NCBI GenBank assembly: GCA_030704615.1
Contig: CM060732.1
Location: 60,388,001-60,452,000, forward strand
Length of the DNA stretch: 64,000 bases
From: Takakia lepidozioides
Taxonomy: Eukaryota; Plantae; Bryophyta
Direction of reading: 5' to 3'
The position numbers and the translations under genes are program-made. Positions 53,285 to 64,000 of the stretch are shown piece after piece. The notes below the pieces were generated by a model. That model did not search any database and had not been told where the DNA came from. It was given only the letters and a program-made list of their open reading frames with translations. Each line of letters opens with the position of its first letter. The stretch's first letter is position 1.

Positions 53285-55774
53285 GAAACTGTCTCTCTCT
53301 GCGTTTATGGAATGTCAGCGCCGCAGCGTGCCCGCCTTCACTACATAATCCACAAAGGCTGTCCACATCCATGAATGTTACGCCCATCCATCATACCAAT
53401 TCAATGTAATCATCCAAACAGACAGCAGTTCGCTTTGTCATCGGTGAAGGTCCACGGATGGATGACTATCGGTTAACGAATTGGTTAGTAAACGGCTACT
53501 AACGACGTGCTAACATTATTCATCCATCCATGTACTGATAGTCATTTAACTTTTACTATTAAAGGTGGGTCACCTCTCCAGGAGCTAGTACAACACCCGA
53601 CCTACTGCCACCCAGCTGGTTATAGGTTCAAATCCTGGTCGCCGCGCTGGACTGCTAGGCCCTTCCGCGCCTTGCGTGTGCATCACAATGAGCTACCCAA
53701 AAAAAAGACCAGAATGGATGAATTCTGGATGAATTTAGGGGGGATTCTCCCCCCGTGAGTACTAAACGTATTATAAACGAATCCAGATTCCAGGGTAAGT
53801 AACGGGATTCGTGTTAAGGCCAATTATGAGCGACACAGAGTGGAAATAAATGTGATCGTGGAATCATTTACTGCTCACTTCCAATTCCAATCCAAAACCC
53901 TAAGTTTCGTCCAGATGGTGTGAAGACGGAAGCTTCAGTTGGATGGATGACCCGATTTGTCATATTTCGCACGCTAGTGGCTGGCCTCTGTCAGCATAAA
54001 TTCATCCGTCTGGACAGAAGTGAGTATTATGAACGACGGCTTGAGTTGCAGGCCTGGCAGGTTTGCCTACAAGCCTGTCATGTGCTGTCTGGAAGGCCGC
54101 ATTACTGTTCAACAAGCCTGAAGCAAGCTAAAGAAAGCTCTTTACGCTCTAGAGGCTCAAGAGGCTCAAGACCAGTCAAGAGGCTCGGCTAAAGAGGCAC
54201 CGTTTCTCTTGCTAGCTGATGAAGATGCCCCGTTTCTGGTGGGGCAGATTTAGAATAGATGAGGTCGGCGGCAGCAGTGGATTAGATCGGGCTGCGCCCA
54301 CAGTGGCTGATCACAAGGAGCATCATCAGTACTCCAATGATCATCTGTTGTCAAGAAGCCTGAAACTCTTCTTTCTCTGGCTTCTCAAAGGCCTAACTTA
54401 GGAGTCTCCCCAAATTTTAAGAATTTTCACCGTTGAGTTTGAGAGATTATATTATTTTAAAGTTTTTCTTTTCTCTATGATTCACTTTTTAGGCGATAAG
54501 CTCATGACTATCTAGTCTTTCGGTGTGTGGATATGGTGAATGAGGCCGAAATGGAATGCCGAGCGTATCATGGTATATTTAGTCCTGAGTCTACGCAGTG
54601 TAAGAGTAGATAGATAAGGTGGGTTGTCTGCCATTCAAGCCAACTTGTGCATTTGAATTTGCTACTACGGTACTTGTGGTCAAACAGTTGTCCTTTTTGG
54701 TTGAGAGTAAGTGACAGTGGTAATGGCTGTGTGGGGTAGGTCACCGCGAGTCAACATGGTGGACCTCGCTCCGATGTCGCTGAAGCCACCTGCAACCGGC
54801 AGCGTGGACCTCCTCTTATTCTTATACTTTTACCCCGTCACATACGGGATATGTTCTGATCTGATGAAGCTTTTGATACTGAACAGTGAATCCATGAATC
54901 TAGCTCAAGTTGGTAGTGCACTGAGAGCCACCTAGGTGATTTTGGGCTCAAATCTTGCTACCTATTTGTGTGGTATCATCTTCTCCGTTTCCTTTGGGCA
55001 AGTGCTAAACCAGCCTCCACAAAGAGCCTAGACCCTCTTCACTGGGACAATAAGAACTACATATCTCCTCTTCTCAACAGATGTAGATGCTGAAATTTCA
55101 GTTTAGTAGACACTCCATACGTTTATACTTAATCGTGGGGCCCATCATTGTGGGTTCATCTAGAGCATTCATGGCCCCTTGTCAAGTCACAAACTATCAC
55201 AAACTACCTCCATCCACAACATTCATGGCCCCTTGCCAATTCACAGTCACAATCTATCTCTCTCTGCAGGCAATCGCAATGTGGGCCCGCATGCAATGAT
55301 GCCCCTGTTTTCATTTTCTTCGTATGTTGGCTGGTAAGATAACGCTAGCATGCTTGAGCACACCGACACTCTAAATTTGTTACAGAAGGGTTGTAGATCT
55401 AAACTTGATGTCATGTATATAAACTGTATCATGAAAATATCATTGTATGAATGAATTAACATTTATCCAAAGGCAACACAGAATGGAGCATCCAATTTAT
55501 AAGTAAATTGTAGGGGAGCAGGATTAGTAGTGCAGTTTAACGAGGTAACAACTAGGCTAGTTTACTGTCTCCAGATCTTGTCAGAAACAGCAGTGGCCAA
55601 TCATTTAATGTACCCCTCTCATTTACGAGCGTTGAGGACTGAGCCGGACCCACAAGGTCAATAGTCATGATGTGCAGTAGAATTCAACAGGCAATAATAA
55701 CCATTCCAAAGTACTTGTTCAAGTGATGGATTCAAAACTCACATCATGTATACATTTAGAGCCTGAGTTCCATC

Positions 55775-56800
55775 GTGGCTGCCGACATGGGAACATGGAA
55801 ACCCCCCGTACAGAGCTTCATATCTGGCCTTCTTTTTTACTTCCAAACAAAAAAGGGTGCCATACAGAGATTTGTCTTTGTGCCAAGCGAGTGGGTGTAC
55901 TTTTGCTCAAAGTCTCCGGCAGCCCAATTCCCCCCTAAAGTCTATAAAGCATGGAGGGACAAGCTTTTGGATTCCTGTCCACTAGTGGAGTTGATGGATG
56001 GAGAGGAGCTCTTTAGTAAGAAATCCCATCAGCCACTTCTTATAAGCTTATCTTTTCTCTTGCATCGTTCAATGGAGGCTGCTATGGAGTTCCCACTGGC
56101 CTCAAACATGAGAAAGTGGAGGGGTCGGCCCTTCCTCTCTTGGTTTTTTTATCAACTCCACGGGGCCTGCTTAAAGAAGACCTGGCAGCGCCAGCCTAGC
56201 CCAGCACCTCACAAGGTAGAAGGTTCTCGCCAGCCTGGTCGTGGCACAGAAATTACAAAGGAAAAAACAGGCCAGGTCTTTACATTTATGTGCCATATGC
56301 TTGTTGATCCATCTAAGTTACACATCTCTCTTTGGAGATATCAATCCTCACGTACACTTGCAAAGCAGACCAGAAGAGCTGCTCAAATAAGTTTTAACTT
56401 ATCTCCCTGGTCCTTTGAATGGAAAGAAAAAGTTCAGACATGTAAAATCCTTTTGCAGTGAGCTTGTACAATACAATAGTGGCTCCCTTACAATGAAGCA
56501 CAAAAATGACCACAGAGTTCTACCGAAGTAACTCTACATCATGATTATCTACTAAAGCTGCAAGGGCAAGGAAATTTGCAACCAATCCGAAATCATCCCT
56601 TTTCCTTGGAAGTGATCTCCAATCTTTGACCTGTGTTTGTGTTGCCAGGCTAAATTTTGAGAAAACCCTCCACATGAGGGATAGCTCTCTGTGCAAGTTT
56701 GGTTTGTTGGCTCCTCCATCAAGAAAGAGAGACCAAGCATACATACTTTTCTTCTGATGTACCTTTCCCAAGTAAAACCTCCCTATGAAGAAGAAACAAG
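55775..56800 (+). mobile_element. Degraded L1-like LINE ORF2 C-terminal remnant
   Basis: Trp-rich 228-aa ORF followed by a zf-RVT-like remnant (SSLC.F......HTFF*CTF) at about 56680-56770. Confidence 0.4.
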
Positions 56801-56899
56801 AAAGCTTCCCCAATGAATAATCATTTGGAGTAGAGGGCTATGTCATATATTTAGAATTTCACCGGGTCTTTGTCACCCATTCATTCCTAAGGTTAGTGC

Positions 56900-57200
56900 A
56901 GTAGTTTCAACATACGAGTTCACTTTGCTTCAGCTCCATTGTATTCAGTTCTCTTCAGTTTTATCACATTGAGTTCTCTCAGTTCATTATATCCAGTTAG
57001 CTATGACACTGAGTTCCATTATATTCAGCTCCATTATCACATACAGTTCATTTCAGTTGTATTGTATTCACTTCCCATCAGTTCTATCCCATTATATTCA
57101 GTTCTGTTCAGATTTATCCCTACAGTTCCATCACATTATATATTCAGTTCCATCGCATTCAGTTCATTTTGGTCACTTGTAACCTTTCACTTTTCTTCTT
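56900..57200. repeat. Degenerate TTCAG/TTCCA low-complexity tract
   Basis: Repeated ATTCAGTTC(C)A-like units. Confidence 0.7.
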
Positions 57201-57261
57201 TGCATTCAACTTATTATCACTATTATTATTTTTCCTATCAATAGGAAGAAGGGTGGAGCCA

Positions 57262-59000
57262 TTAGTTGATTGTGCTGGTTTTCTTAGCGTTCCCGGTAAA
57301 TACCTTCTCAAGAAGAGAGAAAACATAAAGGGGATACTGTCCGGGATGGGGCATTTCAGTTTCATTTTTTCGAATAGTTTCCATACCAAACCCATGCTGA
57401 GAATATCCTGCCATCATTGCACTCCATGACACCACATTGCATTTGAGCCATATGGGTGAACACCCGATTAGCATCCTTCATGCTCCCACATTTGGCATAC
57501 AGGGTATTCTCCAGCATGACATCCGGTTCAATTCTGGATTTGATAATATCAGCATGGCTCTCTACCCTTTTCAAAGGCTTCAGTCGAACGAGACCCAATC
57601 AGGCATCACCCCTGACTGTATCATTTTCTCATAGATCTCCAAAGCCTCCCTACCATATCCATGGCGACTGTATCCTGCAATCATGGCGACCACATCTTGC
57701 GTAGCCAATTGTCAAAGACCCGACGTGCATCCTTCACACTGCCACAATTGGCACACGGAGAGAACACAAGTGAATGTGACATGGTCAGGTGTCACCCCTT
57801 CCCGAATCATTTGCTCATAGGTCTCCAAAGCCTCCCTACTAAATCCTTGCTTAGCATATCCTGTAATCATTGCATTCCAGGAGATCACACCTAGTTCAGC
57901 CATATCATTAAACACATCCTTCATGCTCCCACATTCGGCATACATGACAGCAAGAGCAGTCTCCAGAATGGCATCTGGCAATTCAAGCTTTGATGACATT
58001 GGACCTCTATACCCTCTTCCAGGGCTCCAAGGTCGGCACTTGCCTTCAACACAAACAAATGTGACCCGGTCAGGCAATGCCCCTTCCCGTGTCATTCACG
58101 CATACTTCCCCAAAGTCTCCCTACCATACCCATGCTGAGTGTATCCTGTGATGACGAAATCCTATGCGATCACATTTCACTGAGCCATATTGTCAAAACC
58201 TCTGAGTGCGTCCCTTACACTCCCACATTTTTCATACATGGCAACAAGGGCAGTCTCCAGAACAATGTCTGATGCAACTCCAGCTTTGATAGTGTCAGCA
58301 TGGACAGTTTTGCACTTTTCCAGGGCTCCTGAAAGGAAATGAATGTGATCTTGTTGGAAGCCACCCCCTGCCTCATCATTTGCTGGAGTTGCATCATAGA
58401 TCTCAAGGGCCGCCCTACCACAGCTCTGCTGGGCATATCCTGCAACCACTGTGTTCCATGACACAACATCATTTCGCTGGGCCATATTGTCAAACACTCG
58501 CCACGCACCCTTCACGTCCCCACATTTGGCATACATGGCAGCAAGGGCAGTCTCCAGAATGGTATCTGGACCATTGCAGCTTGCATAATACCTCTATGCC
58601 CTTTTCCAGGGCTCCTAGGTTGGCACACACCTTAAGAACACAGACGAATGTGAAACGATTGGGAGTTCTCCCTTCCCTTCTCATCTGATCATACATTTTG
58701 AACGCCTCCCTCCCAGAGTCATGCGTGGTATATCCTCCAATCCTCATATTCCATGTAAACATATCCTGTTGAGGCATACTTTCAAACACAATGCAAGCAC
58801 TGGCATAAACATATCTCGTTCATGAGGCATATTGTCAACCACAATTGAGAATCAACTATGCTTCCAAACTTGGCGTACATGTTGATCAGGGTGTTGAGTA
58901 GAGAGACATTTGGCTTAAATCCACCTTGTATAATGCGGGCATGCACCTGCTTTCATTCTGCCAGGCCCTTCATTTCGATGCACACCTGCAAGGGCGGGAA
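57262..59000 (-). pseudogene. PLS-class pentatricopeptide repeat pseudogene
   Basis: Repeated TAL..MYAKCG....A..VFD.M...DVVSWN.MI.GYAQ.G..REAL..Y.QM.REG..PD..TF.CVL units in alternating frames, with many frameshifts and deletions. Confidence 0.93.
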
Positions 59001-60763
59001 TAAGTACTGGAGTCTGCTGAAATTCCCCATTGGTTCAAAATGTGCACCACCTCTTTGAGTTGTCCTGCCTCACATAGTTTTGGCACATCCCCACAAGTGA
59101 GGCTAGGTGCTTCCAGCCTCTCCAAGTGAACATCTACCCATGCAGGTTACTTGAAGGTTTCAAACAACAGTGCCTCAGTGGTGCTCTGGTGCTTCAAATC
59201 TGGTCCTTAAGGATGGATCTGCACCCACACTCCATCCCTCCCTCCTTCAGCTCTCCCTGCCTCCAACAAAAATTCATACATCCTCCCCTCACTGCGCCAA
59301 TAGCTGACAATGAAAACTAGGGTACATAGCACCCTACCTCCCCGAACAGGTGGAAGTGTGTATGAGAGTGGGTATTGGCTTATAAACATTCCCAAGGTCG
59401 TTCATGGGGTTTAAACCCTCCAATGCAGGTGAAAATAGGCCGAAAATGTCATACTGCTCACCTACAGTCAGGAAAAATCATGGACTGTTGATTCAAAGGC
59501 TGCCATTGTGGAAAGGCCGATGTTCGTATGCTTCTAGCCCTCCACCTTAGATATGACACATATGGGTGTATCACACTGTCAGCTGCACTTCAGGCAGAAA
59601 CAAAATGGGACAGAACATTTGATCATTGGGATGCATCCGCAAGAGGGCTCACGATGATCTCCCTCTAGAAAGAAAGGGCTTCATTCCAGCCCTGCTCATC
59701 TAGTCCTGTAGCCCGCAAAAGATGTGATGTATGTGATTGTAATTGTCCAGTCATAGGCTGTACATAAATGCCCTGGGATTGCCCACATACTAGAAAGTAT
59801 GAGGTTGATCCAGCACTGCTCCACTAGCCCCCTAACTTGCACCAGGGTTGACAAATGTGCATGCTTGCACTGCCAGACAGTGTTGAAGAGAAAGGTGCAC
59901 AAAGATACGAAAGACGTTTATTGGGTCTCCAGAAGGAAAGAGACAGACAGACTGACTGACTCTGTGTGTGTGTGTGTATGGTCACTATCATCAATTTCAG
60001 AGCAATTTTTCAAAGCATATTGTTGTCTGCTTTAGTGGTAAAATAACAGGCATTTACCTCATTGCACCATCGAGCGTGGTTTGTAAGACATTTTCTCCAG
60101 AGATTCTCCACATCTGTATTTTTCTGGATGATTTTGTCCCTTGCTAAGAACGTGAGGTATGGGAGCCGACTGCACTCCTATAACTGATAAAAATGGCAAC
60201 CAGATGACCAGCTCCAGGGAATGGTGCAACTACCCACAGCAGTAAAATTGAAGCAAGACAGTGCAAAAATCAGTACATGTTCACTAAGGTGATCACACTA
60301 CATGTGTGTGCAGATAGAGTTAAGTGTTATACCTCCAGATCACTCTACAACAATCCCTGCTCAACATAGACTAAGAAATTTTCAACTAACTTAAGTGCCA
60401 TATTGTTGCAGATGCATCGGCACTATGTCCCACGCACCGAGGGCTGCCCGGCCCGGCCTCCCCACCTGCCCGCTGCGCCACGCCGGCTAGTAGATTGAGC
60501 CATACACATTTATAGAGTCTATGGCGCATCTGCAAAAGTTACGATGGTTCATTCAAACAGCCCGTACTGGGAAGTTAAGTGTTGAAAGCGTAACAAAATT
60601 ACGTTATGAATTCGTAACAAAAGTCATAAAAACCTACTCCAAGTGCAACAGAATCCTCTCTACATCTGTATACATATATGGAGGGAAGCTTCTGGCATGG
60701 ACACTGCTATCAAACCAGAGGACTCGCCCTTAGTGTGCTTGGTCAATACATGATATCATTTAT

Positions 60764-62511
60764 CCTTTGAAGAAGTTGATTGGAGTGACATGACTTTTTG
60801 AATATTTTGATGTGAAGCATTAAACAATATATATAACTACCTTCAACTACTAGACTTACTATTCTAGTGGATGTTATTATCCGATCTTACTAATATCCCA
60901 ACTTAAGTCTAACGTCTGTTAAATATAAAATATATATTAACACGTCATTGCTACTTTAACACTTGTGTAATCATAATCACCACTTGAGTTGAACTTTTGA
61001 ACTGTGGTACTCTCAGTTGATCTTCGGTACTCGATACTCCCACTTCTTCACCTTGTAGCACTAACTGCTTTTCGGATATTTACTATAGAATTAGCTCCAA
61101 GAATTATGCAGTTGGATATATACTGGCTCGTTAGTAGAACTTGAGGTAATTGACTTGTGACGTCTCATACTATACAAAACCTGCAATGAAATTATACTCA
61201 TATTTGGAGATACAACTTTCAAAGTAACTTGTACTCCATAATTATTCTTCCCATCAAAGTGTAGTTGCTTATTTCTCAATCTATCAACTAACTATTTACA
61301 AACAAAAGAATGTGTAGTTGGGCTATAAAGTGAGGGTGTTTTGCAATTACTTGCAGAATTACTAACGATTTGATCAAGTAGTGTAACATTCTTCTGTAGT
61401 ATGTGTGGAATTGAAAATCTCACAAATAACTAGTAATGGTAATGATATTAGTAGTGGATCTTATAGTAGAAAAGACAATGTAAAAAGAAACATTCTTCAC
61501 TTTGGATTTTCTTGTTGTTCGCAGCTCAAGCGGGTCATAGGCAGTCCTCCGGTTGTCCCATCTACCACTCTCTATCTGCAGGGTCTATAACAAGGTCGAT
61601 GTCATAGTAAGGATGAGCAAAATTCCAGTCGTTAGTGGCTTATCAATTGCCTCGAAGAACATCAGCTTCTGCTTCTGACCTTGAACAATAGGTCAGAAGA
61701 AGACCCTTTGAAGTGGACCCATGAAAAAGCCGAGACTAAGGACCGGTCCAGAGTGGAATATCATCCATTCATATCATCCACATTTGGCAAATTCATCCAT
61801 AAAAAAAAAAAATGGAGAAATTTGGCGATTTCATGTATGAAAAAAATGGAATTTACTACGGAATATTCTTTTCTATGTTTTGAGGTCACCATTTGGCGAA
61901 AATTCGCCAAAAACAAAAACGCTGCTTTCTACTATAAGCATTTGAGATGCTCTATCTTTGTCATCCCAATCTAATACTGAACCTCGATCGGCATGGGGTG
62001 AATTTGTTACAGTCCCACCTGGTGACGTTGTACTAGAGGGCTTTACATCAGCACCTATCACATCATGACCTTTGGGCATCTACTTTTCTGATAATTCTAG
62101 ATTTACGTAAGTATGCCTTATTTGTCTTATACTTTCTGGATATCCTCGTGTTAGTGATTTATCCTCATTAATTATTCTGTCCATCTTAGTTGAGATGGAA
62201 ACATATTAGGTGGCTCTAGGTGGCTGGATGTACCTTGTTAAATAATGAAATCATTTCATAGAGTAAAGAGAATGATGACGAAACATAAATATGTATTCAT
62301 TTATACATATATCTCACTCTATCACTCTTACAACAGACTGTCTCTCTTACAGATAAGAATGTTCATGCTTTATAGTTGTGAGAAACATAGTGACATGTCC
62401 TTTCGAATCTTTTGATGTGAAGCGTTCTAGCAACTGATGTAATAATATATATAACTATCTTTAACTACTAGAAGTCTTACTATCCTAGTGGATGTTAATA
62501 TCCTACTAACA
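60764..62511 (-). mobile_element. Degraded small LTR element; intact LTR at 62236-62511 (TG...CA) and partial LTR at about 60764-60894
   Basis: GTGACATG..TTTTGATGTGAAGC..ATATATAACTA..AACTACTAGA..CTTACTAT.CTAGTGGATGTTA is shared by both copies. No recognisable coding domain lies between them. Confidence 0.6.
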
Positions 62512-63039
62512 GAGCTAATAAGAAGAGGAAAAAGAGTACACACCATTAATCACTTCAAAGTTGAATCTAACAAGGTGAAAAAACAAACTTTCTGCCAAGA
62601 AAAGCAAGAAATGTCTTGCAAATGGTAATCCTGCAAAATTTGAGGGTGCAACAGCAATGTGTGCTAATAGAAAGTTAACTCAACAAAGGAATCTGTATAA
62701 TTCTCAGTCAAAAGGAAAAACGTCTCATTTGATCAAGACGAGAAGATGAAGTTTGCAATTACTGCAAAAAACATGGACACTATAAAAAGTAGTGTATGAA
62801 ATTCATGGCATATAAAGCCTTAGAAAATATCAAAACTGAACGCAATTCTTCAGCATAAGTATTGATCACCACGAGGAAGACGCACTCAACTGAAGGTGGA
62901 CCAAGGTGGCCACTGCATGGACACCATGCAGTATTTGAACTTTCATATTATAGCTTGTTTCACTAATATCGGTACTCGACACGTCGTAGAAGCTCTATTT
63001 TGCAAGGAACATGGCCGGTGACTCCATACTATCCATACT

Positions 63040-63380
63040 ATGGAGGAGGAGGAAGATGATACCCTTGAGGAATGCATCGAACAATACCGTTCAAACCTCA
63101 ACACGCCCTTCATGATCAAATATTTCAAGTCTAGGGGTTATATTCCGTCAATGATGTGGGTAAAGCATAGGTCTAGAGCATGGTTTCAAGACTTTCTCTT
63201 GGAGTATGATGATGAACAATGGCTCATGATCATGAAAATGAGTTTAGGGACCTTCAACTGGCTTTGAGCTGGCTTTGCAATGTTCTTGCTCCTTGGATTT
63301 CTATGTTTGGCACTAACTATCGCAAGGCTTTATCTATTCCCATGCGGGTTGGGGCTAATGTCTATTTTCTACATATATCT
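63040..63380 (+). mobile_element. PIF/Harbinger transposase N-terminal fragment
   Basis: WVKHRSRAWFQDF..YDDEQW...KMSLGTFNWL / LCNVLAPWI...TNYRKALSIPMRVG..VYFL matches the Harbinger N-terminal pattern. Frameshifted and truncated before the DDE core. Confidence 0.7.
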
Positions 63381-63427
63381 TCAATCGGACCAGGTGAAAC
63401 ATGTGGTGCATTGCTGACTGTATGTAG

Positions 63428-63574
63428 ATCTGGAATCCGGGGAAACTCATTCTGCCATACGGTGTGGCTCCTTCATTAACTGGAGGCGTGCTCCTTGGGT
63501 ACATTGCGTTTGACCTCTCTCATTTCTTCATGCACCGTGGTACAATGTTCAATGACTGGCTTTACAACCTGAAG
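63428..63574 (+). CDS. Exon of a sphingolipid fatty acid 2-hydroxylase-like gene
   Basis: AG/GT-bounded 147-nt exon IWNPGKLILPYGVAPSLTGGVLLGYIAFDLSHFFMHRG..NLK, resembling the FAH GG.LGY..YD..HY.LH His box. Other exons were not found in the window. Confidence 0.7.
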
Positions 63575-64000
63575 GTGGGTAAAGAAAGAGATGAAAGGAT
63601 GGCCAAAGAGAGAGAGAAGAGGATGCATATGTTTCAAGTGAAAATGCAGGTGAGATGGCCAAGTTGATTGGCAAGGGTAATCAGCAAGGACCTAGCTAGT
63701 GGCTGATAGCATTTTAGGGCAAGAAGATGGACCACATAAATTATCACAAAGCTTGGTCATTTACGTTATGACAATCTTGCCAATTTTGTCAGTGGGATAT
63801 CAGATGTTTTAGCCATCACCCTCTGAGGCTACCCACTGCTTAAATAAAGCATGTCTCATTTTCTTCGATGTATCTTGTGATTTGACGTACGATATCATGC
63901 ACACCTTGGCGTTGTGTATATTCAAGAAATACGTTCATATGCTGGTAAAGTATGCCAAAAAAAATCGGAAGATGAAAGATATAGAAGCTACAATACATAC

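Noticed and set aside
59690-60245. Faint resemblance of minus-strand fragments to a sterol methyl oxidase (LHHSLELVIWLPFL; KIIQKNT..KCL)
   Set aside because: It requires frameshifts and shows no His boxes; the similarity is too weak.
60430-60490. GC-rich patch ending GGCTAGT as a Helitron 3' end
   Set aside because: The hairpin is imperfect and no 5' end or second copy was found.

Overview
Eukaryotic, intron-containing DNA from a plant, most likely a non-seed plant (bryophyte-like); this is inferred from PLS/DYW-PPR relics, RTE-X-like LINEs and class III peroxidases. Host genes: a type II peroxiredoxin (possibly fused to an upstream uncharacterised domain), plastid riboflavin synthase, two class III peroxidases, a large multi-exon gene resembling animal Patched more than plant NPC1, two PPR pseudogenes and one fatty-acid-hydroxylase exon. 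The standout is an 11.8-kb Ty3/Gypsy-type element (17535-29317, TG...CA ends, 4-bp TSD CAGT). It carries a DNMT3-like cytosine methyltransferase in frame between protease and RT, a PHD finger after integrase, and an extra 249-aa ORF. It has a self-priming-type PBS instead of a tRNA PBS. Its termini are arranged A...B-A-B, as expected if a 2-LTR circle was opened at an internal palindrome (GACA-GC-TGTC) and integrated. A 4.7-kb internal block is inverted. All calls come from reading the sequence by eye; no searches were run.
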